Below, one piece after another: positions 54,818 through 63,316 of a stretch of 64,000 nucleotides of DNA. Position 1 is the first letter of the stretch. Each line of letters starts with the position of its first letter. The notes under the pieces are model-generated. The model saw only the letters and a list, made by a program, of their open reading frames with translations, was not told the DNA's origin and made no database searches. The DNA is taken from the sequence record PQ850631.1. One strand, written 5' to 3'. The translations under genes and the position numbers were made by a program. The stretch comes from Escherichia phage VerenaGrendelmeier_Bas101.

Positions 54818-56298
54818 AATTTGCACTATGGGATTTTGCACTATGAGTCAAGATTATGTAGCGATGCCTGAAGACTTTGAAGACCCGCGATTCGCAGAGC
54901 ACAATCAGGCTTTATTCGATGAGTTCATTGACCTTGTTATTCAGGGCCATGACATGCGCGCAGCTTTTGCACTAGTATTTGGAATGGAAGTTGCAACGGA
55001 TAACTACACTGGCCAGCGAATCCTTTGCACGCAACGCAATCCATACTACAAGATGCGCTTCAAAAAGCGTATGGAAGAGATGCCACTCAAGGATTTGTGG
55101 AGCGTAAAAGGTGCAATTCACAATTTGGTCAAGCTTGTGCGTGATCCAGAAGTCGCGGCGTCAGCCAAGCTTAATGCTATTCGTGAACTGAATATCATCT
55201 ATGGCATCACGATGATTGATGAAAACGGCAATAGTAAAATGGGCCGTTCTATGGACGATTTCTACAAGGATTTTGGAGAGGCGGCCAAAGAAGGCGAGCA
55301 ATTCTCCCGCCACTAGCCAATTTGCACTATAAAACGGCCCTAGAACACATTGTCTCCACTTCTAGGGCCATCGGTAATACGACGGGGAAGGTTGCAACCG
55401 TAAACGCGTTAGAAAGTGTATTATTATAAGTCATCTTTTAGTCACCTTACGTAACAATTTACGACCTTCAACCGTCCAATCGAACGACTCCACCAGCAGA
55501 TTCGCACTATAACCTAAGATGATGCGCCCTTTCTCGTTATCGACCCGCCAACAAGTCTCGAATAGCATTCGATTTGCACTATTAACTATCGCCGCAACGC
55601 GCGTTGGGTAAACGCAATTTGCACTATGGTCGTAAAGGGATAAGGTGCGACCACTTCCGATGGACAATGTAGCGATGAGAATAAGCGTATTCATAAGCCA
55701 CCAATTTGCACTATGAAAAGCGACCCCGAAGGGCCGCCATTCGATTAGATAATCTGGAATGTGTAGGACTTGTTGCCGAACTCAAAGTTCAAGCGTCCAG
55801 CTTCTTTAAGCTTCATGCGGAAGCGAATGTGCTTACTATCCGGTAAGCCCAGCGCGGCGAACGCCACGCGGACCGATTTGAACTCGCCTACACCCTCGAC
55901 CATAACGCCGTTACGCGTGAGACGCTTTTGCGCCACTTCCTTGTTATCCCAACTTTTTGCAATACCTTCGCTATTCGAACGGCGATGGGAAGGAGTTCCA
56001 TTTTGCACTACGCAATTTGCACTATCGTTTAGGCCGCTTTTAACGAAGGCTTCATACTCTTCGTCGGTCATCGCGTCGAGTTCTTCCTGGGTCGGCTCGG
56101 CCTTTTTAACGACCGCACGCGCCTTATGCGTTTTTACATCGCTGGACACTTCCTCGCGCGGCTTCGCGTCGGGAATGGGCGATTCGTTGGACGGCTCATC
56201 GAGCGCGTTTAAGGACTCGATTAACGCGATTACGCGAGTCTCGGCGGTACGGCGGTCCGCAAATTTCTTAATCGGCTTCGAACCGGAATTTGCATTAT
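54818..56298 (+). repeat. strand-specific array of about 10 copies of the 12-mer AATTTGCACTAT (and one-mismatch variants)
   Basis: Copies at 54818, 54833, 55319, 55499, 55571, 55616, 55703, 55999, 56014, 56287, all in the same orientation, irregular spacing, crossing coding and non-coding DNA. Confidence 0.75.
54828..55316 (+). CDS. terminase small subunit-like DNA-binding protein (orphan; start ambiguous 54828/54843)
   Basis: HTH-like GHDMRAAFALVFG followed by LKDLWSVKGAIHNLVKLVRDPEVAASAKLNAIRELNIIYGIT; no large terminase gene adjacent. Confidence 0.35.
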   Translation: MGFCTMSQDYVAMPEDFEDPRFAEHNQALFDEFIDLVIQGHDMRAAFALVFGMEVATDNYTGQRILCTQRNPYYKMRFKKRMEEMPLKDLWSVKGAIHNLVKLVRDPEVAASAKLNAIRELNIIYGITMIDENGNSKMGRSMDDFYKDFGEAAKEGEQFSRH

Positions 56299-56371
56299 AA
56301 AATGCAACGAGGTCGGCGGTCTTAGTTGCGATAACGTCGCCGCTAGTCGAGAAACGATTTAAGCTAACCAT
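55745..56371 (-). CDS. hypothetical protein (208 aa)
   Basis: Long ORF with codon usage distinct from the structural genes (AAG, CGC, TCG-rich); contains embedded 12-mer copies. Confidence 0.4.
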   Translation of the reverse strand: MVSLNRFSTSGDVIATKTADLVAFYNANSGSKPIKKFADRRTAETRVIALIESLNALDEPSNESPIPDAKPREEVSSDVKTHKARAVVKKAEPTQEELDAMTDEEYEAFVKSGLNDSANCVVQNGTPSHRRSNSEGIAKSWDNKEVAQKRLTRNGVMVEGVGEFKSVRVAFAALGLPDSKHIRFRMKLKEAGRLNFEFGNKSYTFQII

Positions 56372-56451
56372 AATGAACTCCTATTTGTTAGGGCGCTAGG
56401 CGCGAAAGAATTTTATTAAAGCGCCGCGCGCGACGCTCTAAAAATCCTCTC

Positions 56452-56766
56452 TTACTCTTCGTCGTCTTCGATTAATTCGAGGGCGAAGGCGTAAGCTTTG
56501 CTATCGTAATTAACTAAAACGGCGAGTTCGAACTCGTTAATAAACGCCGTTTTACCGCATAAATTTAATTCCGCATCGACTTCGAAGAATCCGTTTTCGT
56601 CGCGCTCTAAGCGAGAAGCAGCGAGTTGCTCGATTACCGTCGCGTCGTTAATTTCTTCGCCTAAGCGAACGCCGGAGAATTTCGCGAGAATTTCGCCGTA
56701 AGTAAGCGTAACGCCCTGGACTTCGGCGGTTGCGTTTTCGAGGGTAAAGCGGGTAACGATAGCCAT
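56452..56766 (-). CDS. small acidic protein (104 aa)
   Basis: Strongly acidic, ends ...LIEDDEE. Confidence 0.45.
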   Translation of the reverse strand: MAIVTRFTLENATAEVQGVTLTYGEILAKFSGVRLGEEINDATVIEQLAASRLERDENGFFEVDAELNLCGKTAFINEFELAVLVNYDSKAYAFALELIEDDEE

Positions 56767-56906
56767 AATAAACTCCTAGTTGGGAGAGGCGTTAACGACC
56801 TATTCGTTAACTCATCCCGTCCCGATATGAGTACATTATAATATAGTGTAGAAAAAAGTAAAGCACTTTTTCGATAAAAATGCGATAAATTATTTTATCT
56901 TTTTTC

Positions 56907-56934
56907 TTTACTTCTTCGTACACTCGCGTATACT
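56907..56934 (+). promoter_or_regulatory. sigma70-like promoter TTTACT-16-TATACT with conserved GTACACT spacer and TTGTTTATATCGAGA leader
   Basis: Near-identical architecture to 57305-57333. Confidence 0.45.
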
Positions 56935-56988
56935 TGTTTATATCGAGACGGGCGATGGCCCTTCCTTCTACTAGCATCGGGAGTTTTA

Positions 56989-57293
56989 TTATGACCACTT
57001 TAATCTCTTCTATCCTTACTTACGACGAAGACCGTTTAACCGTTCGCTCTCTTATCGCCGCCGTTAACGCGGAACTAGAATCCACCATTATTAAGGTCCG
57101 CGCGGTCGCTTTCGTCGGCCTTTCCTTCGACGATATTAAGTACGCCGAACGTAGCGCCATCCGCTTCGCGAAGACCGACGACGAAGCCGTTACCCTTATC
57201 GAGACGGTTACGCCGCGCGGCGAAGCGTTAATTATCGTCGAGTATATCGACGTAGAAGGCGATAAGGCTTATAAATATTTTATTGCAGAATAA
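56989..57293 (+). CDS. small acidic protein (101 aa)
   Basis: ATG at 56989; acidic. Confidence 0.45.
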
Positions 57294-57304
57294 CGAAAAA
57301 GTGC

Positions 57305-57333
57305 TTTACTTCTTCGTACACTAAGACTATAAT
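57305..57333 (+). promoter_or_regulatory. sigma70-like promoter TTTACT-17-TATAAT, paralog of 56907-56934
   Basis: Shares CTTTACTTCTTCGTACACT and the GTTTTATATCGAGAG leader. Confidence 0.45.
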
Positions 57334-57400
57334 GTTTTATATCGAGAGGGGATGAGGTAGCGAATAGGTCGCTACCCGCCCGACCAACTAGGAGATTATT

Positions 57401-57691
57401 ATGATTACTTTAGCCGCTATCCGTTCCGCTCGCGTCGAGACTTCCGAAAACTCTAACGTATTTGGCGAAACCTTAGAGAGCGTTTATCTCTCTAACGTAG
57501 ACGCAACTATCGAACCTATTTATGAGCCGATCAACTTCCTCGACCTTTACAAGTATCGCGACGAGGACATCGTATCATCCCGCGTAACGATTAACGGCTT
57601 CGTCTATACGATTACCGAAATCGGCGGCGAATATCTCGCTGTACCGCAACTCGGCGGCGAAGTAACTTATTTTAAAATTGTCTCCTTATAA
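57401..57691 (+). CDS. small acidic protein (96 aa)
   Basis: GGAG RBS, ATG at 57401. Confidence 0.45.
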   Translation: MITLAAIRSARVETSENSNVFGETLESVYLSNVDATIEPIYEPINFLDLYKYRDEDIVSSRVTINGFVYTITEIGGEYLAVPQLGGEVTYFKIVSL

Positions 57692-57710
57692 TATCCTTCC
57701 GTTACTAATA

Positions 57711-57736
57711 GGCCGCGCTTAGTCGCGGCTTTTCTT
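57711..57736 (+). terminator. rho-independent terminator
   Basis: GCCGCG...CGCGGC stem followed by TTTTCTT. Confidence 0.6.
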
Positions 57737-57854
57737 CGTCCCTATCTCGATGCGCTTCTCCGCGAAAACTCCTTTATCCTTCCCTTCGTCGTCGCATAAT
57801 CTTCGTCGAGATGCGCCTTAGTTCGCATAACAGGTATTACGTTAAATGGAGAAC

Positions 57855-57931
57855 ATCGCGTAAGTCCTTGTTTTATATAGACACCTATATCGGACCGTTA
57901 GGGCGGGTCGCGTAAGTCGTTGTTTTATAAA
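57855..57931 (+). repeat. direct repeat pair TCGCGTAAGTC(C/G)TTGTTTTATA
   Basis: Copies at 57855-57879 and 57907-57931; shares TTGTTTTATA with the leaders of the two promoters upstream. Confidence 0.55.
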
Positions 57932-58055
57932 GGCGCAAAACTTTCCCTTCGTTCCGAACTAAAACGAGGAATATGCCGACCCTTCGCCCGAAAATAGTAC
58001 GCATGCGAAATCACATGCATCTCGAATAATCCCCACCGATATTATCCTACACGCA

Positions 58056-58118
58056 ATCATTCGCTTTCGAATCATTATGCTTCATATTATTATGCGTCGA
58101 ATCATTCGCTTTCGAATT
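58056..58118 (+). repeat. direct repeat pair AATCATTCGCTTTCGAAT
   Basis: Copies at 58056-58073 and 58101-58118, each with a TTCGAA palindrome. Confidence 0.55.
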
Positions 58119-58205
58119 GTAACGCTGGAAACTGTAACGGCGATTGATTATTGCGTTCGTGTGGTTTTTAGGGCATGGGTCTTTTGGTGCGTTTTGGTGC
58201 TTGAT

Positions 58206-58318
58206 GGAATTTGCGGTACACTAATCAAAATACGACACATTTGGTCCACTAACTTTTCAAAGAAAAAGTCCTAGACAGTACCGTACTATTTTGTACCCAC
58301 AGGAATTTGCAGTACACT
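58206..58318 (+). repeat. direct repeat pair GGAATTTGC(G/A)GTACACT
   Basis: Copies at 58206-58222 and 58302-58318; combines the AATTTGC core with the GTACACT promoter-spacer motif. Confidence 0.5.
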
Positions 58319-58388
58319 CCTGCGCGGCAGGCAAAATAAAGGGCCGCCCTAAGCGACCCACGATTCATGGTTAAATCAGCAACACCCA

Positions 58389-58769
58389 CTATTCACTCTT
58401 ATGGGCATCACCAAATCCATCAGCAATCTGGCTGATCAACGACTCAATGGACACAGTTTTACCAATTGATCGAGCGGTTATGGCGAGCATATTATCAATC
58501 AAACCACGATTGGCTTCACATGTTCCAGGCTTTAATTCATCTTTAGGACCACCAAAAAGCTGGTCGCGCAGACTTTCAAGAGAACGCTCAATATTTTCCA
58601 ACTTCTCTTCTAAATCGGATTGGCGACGTAAAACCCACGTCAAGTCACGGTTGCCAACTTCCAATCCATCAGAATAGCAAGGTGGAGCGTCAATTTTGAT
58701 GCTGGAACCAAAAGCAGTGCCGCTGCCTTTAGTATAAGTATGGCTCATAGAATCATTTTTATTTGACAT
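58389..58769 (-). CDS. hypothetical protein (126 aa)
   Basis: Start set at internal ATG with AAAGG RBS; the longer ORF-track N-terminus reads through a terminator hairpin. Confidence 0.4.
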   Translation of the reverse strand: MSNKNDSMSHTYTKGSGTAFGSSIKIDAPPCYSDGLEVGNRDLTWVLRRQSDLEEKLENIERSLESLRDQLFGGPKDELKPGTCEANRGLIDNMLAITARSIGKTVSIESLISQIADGFGDAHKSE

Positions 58770-58814
58770 ATCATTACCTTTAATATTTGGGTGATTAACA
58801 ATAACTATAATAAA

Positions 58815-58829
58815 GCCGCATAGCGCGGC
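58815..58829 (-). terminator. small GC hairpin plus U-tract (minus strand)
   Basis: GCCGC...GCGGC; minus-strand transcript followed by UUUAUUAU. Confidence 0.35.
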
Positions 58830-58831
58830 AT

Positions 58832-59092
58832 TCAAATCGATTTATTAATTGTGACGATTGGATTCATCAATCGATACCAATTGCGCAGGGTCGCCGGATA
58901 CCGTTGAGCCGATGATACCCATCTGAGAGAAAATTCTGAATAAACTTCTTTCCAGTACTTGCGCGCAGCTTTCTGGGCTTGCCCTTTGCGCTTATAACTT
59001 TTGCCTTGAAAGATGAAGCGGTCTTTTGGAGCGTAATACTCCACCACACCTTCCAGCCATTGTAAGAATGCTACTGATTCATTTTGATTCAT
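58832..59092 (-). CDS. hypothetical protein (86 aa)
   Basis: GAGGT RBS upstream of ATG on minus strand. Confidence 0.4.
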   Translation of the reverse strand: MNQNESVAFLQWLEGVVEYYAPKDRFIFQGKSYKRKGQAQKAARKYWKEVYSEFSLRWVSSAQRYPATLRNWYRLMNPIVTINKSI

Positions 59093-59099
59093 GTTAACC

Positions 59100-59495
59100 T
59101 CAATATTTTAATAAGAAAGCACCCAACCAACTTTCCTCGACCTCGCGGCCAGTAGCCACACGGTCGGTCTTGGCTATGGGTCTGGATTCGCCGCAGGGCA
59201 ACCCGTCCTGTAGATGTGTACTATTGCCAATTCTCACCATGACCTTTCCATCAGGGTCGATATAAGCGCGACAACCCATGATTTCGAGTCGTTGTAGACA
59301 CTGGCGAATCGTTTTCAGCTTCTCACCGGACCGGATAGAGCGCGGTCGCGACCGCTGACCGTTTTTATTCACTGTACGCTTGACGACCGGAATCTCATTG
59401 GTGCGTTGCGGCTTGGGTCGGTAATAAGCCTCTTCGCCAGGAGTCGCACCTGGCGTTAATTCGCGCTTGAGAGCCTTTTCAATATCGATGATCAT
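59100..59495 (-). CDS. hypothetical basic protein (131 aa)
   Basis: Arg/Lys-rich ORF. Confidence 0.4.
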   Translation of the reverse strand: MIIDIEKALKRELTPGATPGEEAYYRPKPQRTNEIPVVKRTVNKNGQRSRPRSIRSGEKLKTIRQCLQRLEIMGCRAYIDPDGKVMVRIGNSTHLQDGLPCGESRPIAKTDRVATGREVEESWLGAFLLKY

Positions 59496-59589
59496 AATTC
59501 ATGCCGCAGCAGCGTGGATGATTGCGTAAACGATTCCAAACAGGGCGACAATACAAACCGTGCCCCAAAATGCAAAGCGTCGCGCCTCT

Positions 59590-59877
59590 TTATCCATTAG
59601 AGCCTTCTCCGCTGTTAATGTTGTCCAAAATCAAGGTTGGAATTTCATCTTGAGTCCTGACTTTGTAATGCGAAGGCATTTTGCTTTCTAACAATGCCTG
59701 TTCAGCTTCTCCCTTTGTCTCAAAGAGCGGGATGCACCAATCAACTGCATTGCCGTGTTCATCACCCTTGACGGCCTTCAAAAAGACAAGGCGCTTGTCC
59801 GCAGGGTCGATGCCGCAAATTAAGTATTTTGGAAGAGATTTTGCTTTCTGAGCTTTATCAATATCTTCAAATTTCAT
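59590..59877 (-). CDS. hypothetical protein (95 aa)
   Basis: Start at ATG with GAGGTG RBS. Confidence 0.4.
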   Translation of the reverse strand: MKFEDIDKAQKAKSLPKYLICGIDPADKRLVFLKAVKGDEHGNAVDWCIPLFETKGEAEQALLESKMPSHYKVRTQDEIPTLILDNINSGEGSNG

Positions 59878-59958
59878 AAAACACCTCACTTGTTAACGTA
59901 TAATGAGTATAACTTAATAGCGCATAAAGTAAAGGCGCTTTTCAGCGCCTTGAGTGAA

Positions 59959-62292
59959 TTATTTCGCTGCTTTTAGCGCGGCTATCTCTGCCTCTAGTGA
60001 CTCGACCTTTTTCATCAACTCCTGTACCACGTGCATCGTATCCAAAAGCATAGGTGTCGTATCAAGTTGTTTTTGTTCAACTTCGACACCTTCACTCGGA
60101 TAGAATTTAATCGTCTTAACATACAAAGGATCAATAATCTCTGCCTGTTGAGCGATAATACCCCTTCTTATCCTTTCCTTTTCATCATTGTTGTATATGA
60201 ACGTTACATACTCCAGCGATGAAAGGTTGCTCCATGCTTTTTCAACCGTTCCTGGTTTTATGTCATGCTTCAAATTCTCATCAGAGATGGCATTCTTCTG
60301 AAGCGTGTAAAAACTATCTGATCCAAGAATTGACACAGAGAAGAATACATCATGAGAGTTTGGCTGGATGTTCATCCTTGTTTGGTATTGCGCGTTATCG
60401 TCACCTACGACAAGCCAAGTCCCCTGAGCAAAACTTCCATTATTATTGTGGATCAAACCGTGATGAAGAGTGGTCGCATAGCCTGTATCTACTTGTTGAC
60501 CGCCGCTAAAAAGGCTGTTGAATGCATAGTTTTGACCTATTGACTGTCTCACCGTTGCATAAGTGCCGATTCTTGTGCCAGTCTCATTCCAAGACATGAG
60601 ACTTCCGTATCTTGCTGCGTATCGGTCGCTACTCAGGGTTCCTGAATCATCAAACGCAAGGTCTTTTGTAACTCCTTTTGTTTTGTTATATACAGATAAA
60701 ATTGCATAATAAAAGCCATCCATGTATGCATCGCACCGAAGCCCAGCATCAGCCTCAACGACGGTTCCGATTTTGTATTGAGCCCTTATCTGACCAGATG
60801 ATGCCTTGACTCCAGAACCTGGGCGAACGGAGTCAGCATTGATGACCTGCCATTGCGTATCCGCGGCAACGAATCCACCCGATGCACGAATCACCCAAAC
60901 TCCGACGAAGTTGCGCGGAACAATTTCCGCTGCTGAACGACCATAAACAGGACTGCAGCGAGAAGCGTCAAAGTTTGTTTGTATGAATCTTGACCCAGAG
61001 CCTGCTGCCGCAGGAGAGTCACCCGAAGTTATTGACTGAAAAGCACCATTAGTTGCCACCTGGCTTGGTGCAGAAGCCAGCGTCACCATTGTGTGCGGCG
61101 CTGAGTAAATTATATTTGGAGCGCCTGATTCAGACACAACCCCGTTGGATGATGAATTCCCACCGTCACCCCTGCCAAATAAGGCCTGTATGGAACCAGT
61201 TTGAACACCGTTCCTGTCAGGCACTCGAAACGTCGTCGTTCCGTTGCCCAGAGAATATTTGCCGCGTTTTGCTGGGTCTGCTAACCAATCTGCATCAGCA
61301 ATAGGTGAAAGCATTTGCGCATACGCCCAAAGCTCAGGCCAATCAGCACGATTGAGTAGTTGACCGTCAGCGACGACTTCATAAGGTTGAATATAAGCGC
61401 GGCTGTCGCGTAAGTGGAAGTCGCCGACGCCATAGTTCATCACGCCGTTCATACTTGGGCCAACGGTGCCTGTGTTCACCAAGTTCTCAACCCAACGCTT
61501 CGTAGTAGCATCATAGTCGTTAACTGGGTCGCCAGCGAGCGGCGTTGATCCTTGAGGGCGTATGTTCAACCAAGCCTGAGCATTATCTGCAGAGCCTGTG
61601 CCGCCCATGGAAGTTGGCACGATGTCTTGATCAGCGACTGCGCCAAATCCAAAGGCCGACTTCACACCATCAATAGTTGTCTGGCCTGTGCCGCCGTTAG
61701 CTACTGGGATTACGGTTGACTCGGAATAAATCATGACCCAAGAAGACCATGATTGAGTTTCCATGGTGAATCTTCTTTGATATGTATTGTTGGAATCGAA
61801 TGTCGTATATCGTTGAATGCAACTTTCTGATATAACGCCTGTCTGCAATACTTCTAATACTCCTGCTTGCTGCGCAGGGTAATTCAAAGCTGAAGATGCA
61901 CCACCGTTTGAATTTTGGAAGTACTGCCCAAACCAAGTCCCTGTAAGCGCATTAAGATTCATGCCGGATGGAACAATCCCAAAGTTTCGGACAGTGCCCG
62001 TCAAAGTCGCGGCAGTAGTTCGAATGGAAAGCATATCGCCCGCCGCCCATGCACGAGCTGCAGTACCTTCCTGCGCACGCTGCACGGTTAGAACGTTTCC
62101 AACAACGGCTGTTACTGTGACGATTTCGAACTGGAGGCCTGTTGCAGCGTCGACGATTGTCGCCACTACACGCTCGTTTGCGCCCAAGGTCGGAAAGCCC
62201 GACCCTGAGCGGATTGTGATTGTGGTGCCTGAAGTCGTCGTTGGCTGAGCGAGCGCGACCTCAAAGTTGTTTTTGAATATTAGCCTTGGCAT
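59959..62292 (-). CDS. tail fiber / tailspike protein with C-terminal intramolecular chaperone (peptidase S74-like) domain
   Basis: 777 aa; C-terminal SDENLKHDIKP...LEYVTFIYNND...RRGIIAQQAEIIDPLYV and terminal coiled coil. Confidence 0.65.
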   Translation of the reverse strand: MPRLIFKNNFEVALAQPTTTSGTTITIRSGSGFPTLGANERVVATIVDAATGLQFEIVTVTAVVGNVLTVQRAQEGTAARAWAAGDMLSIRTTAATLTGTVRNFGIVPSGMNLNALTGTWFGQYFQNSNGGASSALNYPAQQAGVLEVLQTGVISESCIQRYTTFDSNNTYQRRFTMETQSWSSWVMIYSESTVIPVANGGTGQTTIDGVKSAFGFGAVADQDIVPTSMGGTGSADNAQAWLNIRPQGSTPLAGDPVNDYDATTKRWVENLVNTGTVGPSMNGVMNYGVGDFHLRDSRAYIQPYEVVADGQLLNRADWPELWAYAQMLSPIADADWLADPAKRGKYSLGNGTTTFRVPDRNGVQTGSIQALFGRGDGGNSSSNGVVSESGAPNIIYSAPHTMVTLASAPSQVATNGAFQSITSGDSPAAAGSGSRFIQTNFDASRCSPVYGRSAAEIVPRNFVGVWVIRASGGFVAADTQWQVINADSVRPGSGVKASSGQIRAQYKIGTVVEADAGLRCDAYMDGFYYAILSVYNKTKGVTKDLAFDDSGTLSSDRYAARYGSLMSWNETGTRIGTYATVRQSIGQNYAFNSLFSGGQQVDTGYATTLHHGLIHNNNGSFAQGTWLVVGDDNAQYQTRMNIQPNSHDVFFSVSILGSDSFYTLQKNAISDENLKHDIKPGTVEKAWSNLSSLEYVTFIYNNDEKERIRRGIIAQQAEIIDPLYVKTIKFYPSEGVEVEQKQLDTTPMLLDTMHVVQELMKKVESLEAEIAALKAAK

Positions 62293-62330
62293 TTTACGGT
62301 CCTCGTTTTGTCGACAACCGTATTATAACC

Positions 62331-62672
62331 TTAATTTCTTTTGAGAGGAATATGACGGTGGCTGCCATTATTTGGTTTAATAATGAGCATAAAAACGATT
62401 AGAAAGATGATGGCTGATATACTTAATTCAATCAGCGCGGCTTGAGATATAGATTGATCTTCATGATACTGCTTTTGCATTTCTGCTTTCTTCTGAGCGC
62501 AAACTTCAGGTGATATGTAATCACCTTTTGAGTTGCCATAATAAATTTCGCCGTTTTCAGAAATCAGTCTGCCGCAAATATCCGTTTCAGCCTTTGCGCT
62601 CGACATCATAATAACGGTGCCGATGATAGCGGCGATAGTCCAGATTAACAGTTGTGATAAAGTGTTGTTCAT
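62331..62672 (-). CDS. membrane protein with N-terminal signal peptide and C-terminal TM anchor
   Basis: Start at ATG with AGAGG RBS; MNNTLSQLLIWTIAAIIGTVIMMSSAKA; C-terminal LIELSISAIIFLIVFMLII. Confidence 0.45.
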   Translation of the reverse strand: MNNTLSQLLIWTIAAIIGTVIMMSSAKAETDICGRLISENGEIYYGNSKGDYISPEVCAQKKAEMQKQYHEDQSISQAALIELSISAIIFLIVFMLIIKPNNGSHRHIPLKRN

Positions 62673-62868
62673 GATAACCTCTTTAAATTCCCTTCCCATA
62701 TCGGGAAGGGTGAATATTATTCTACTCGAAAGAACAGGCGCGTACCACACAGCGAGTCCCAACGGCCTTCACCATCCCATACCGACCCAACGCCAGCGGT
62801 GATAACCCCAGCAGAATTGGCGGCATTGGCCCAGGCGAGACGTTTCAGCTTCCAACTGCACCAACGAT

Positions 62869-63105
62869 TCACAGGTCATCTCCTAACTGTAAAATAGAGC
62901 CTGCATAAATGATCGCTAGAGCTAAAGGCGCACCGCTTCCAACTTCTCTATTCTCTTTAATTTGAAGAGTATCCTTAAGGAATTGAAGTTGCACGTTAAA
63001 TTCACTTTCGACTCCAAGAGATACGGCCAATCCCCTTATGGACTCAGCAAAAACTTTTGTCAAGACTTCTTGGGGGATATCAACTGTAATTTTTTCACTT
63101 GCCAT
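62869..63105 (-). CDS. hypothetical protein
   Basis: Start at ATG (alternative TTG at 63123). Confidence 0.35.
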   Translation of the reverse strand: MASEKITVDIPQEVLTKVFAESIRGLAVSLGVESEFNVQLQFLKDTLQIKENREVGSGAPLALAIIYAGSILQLGDDL

Positions 63106-63316
63106 TTTCTTTCCACTCCACAAATGTGCTATCGCTTGTTTCTCTATTTAGCAGGTATCTGCCGCGCATTCCATGAAGGCTAAACTCAACCGTCGATGGA
63201 TTAGATTTTGAAAGCCATATAGGTTGCCCGTCGAATGGACCGCCTATGCACGTGTATTTAGCTTTTGGCTCACTCCTTTTGGGCCGTTTCGCCCGCTCTT
63301 TGATTGATAGTCTCAT
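63095..63316 (-). CDS. hypothetical basic protein
   Basis: 73 aa ORF. Confidence 0.35.
   Translation of the reverse strand: MRLSIKERAKRPKRSEPKAKYTCIGGPFDGQPIWLSKSNPSTVEFSLHGMRGRYLLNRETSDSTFVEWKENGK

Noticed and set aside
54647-54871. 74-aa plus-strand ORF overlapping the promoter region of the TerS-like gene
   Set aside because: Low-complexity, His/Ile-rich translation across repeat-rich regulatory DNA, with no RBS.
55431-55694. 87-aa minus-strand ORF in the ORF track
   Set aside because: Its translation contains three SAN tripeptides that arise directly from reverse-complement copies of the AATTTGCACTAT 12-mer, and it is followed by a hairpin; it is more likely an artefact of the DNA repeat array than a gene.
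58040-58125. TTCGAAT-containing repeats as possible tRNA T-arm
   Set aside because: Flanking sequence lacks the GG/CC context and acceptor-stem complementarity of a tRNA; no cloverleaf could be drawn.
54818-58320. Possibility that the repeat families form a CRISPR array
   Set aside because: Repeats are 12-25 bp with irregular spacing, several fall inside coding sequence, and there is no regular repeat-spacer periodicity.
58770-58835. N-terminal extension (MNAALCGFIIVIVNHPNIKGND) of the 58389-58835 ORF
   Set aside because: The extension reads through a terminator hairpin and U-tract; an internal ATG with a proper RBS at 58769 is the likely start.
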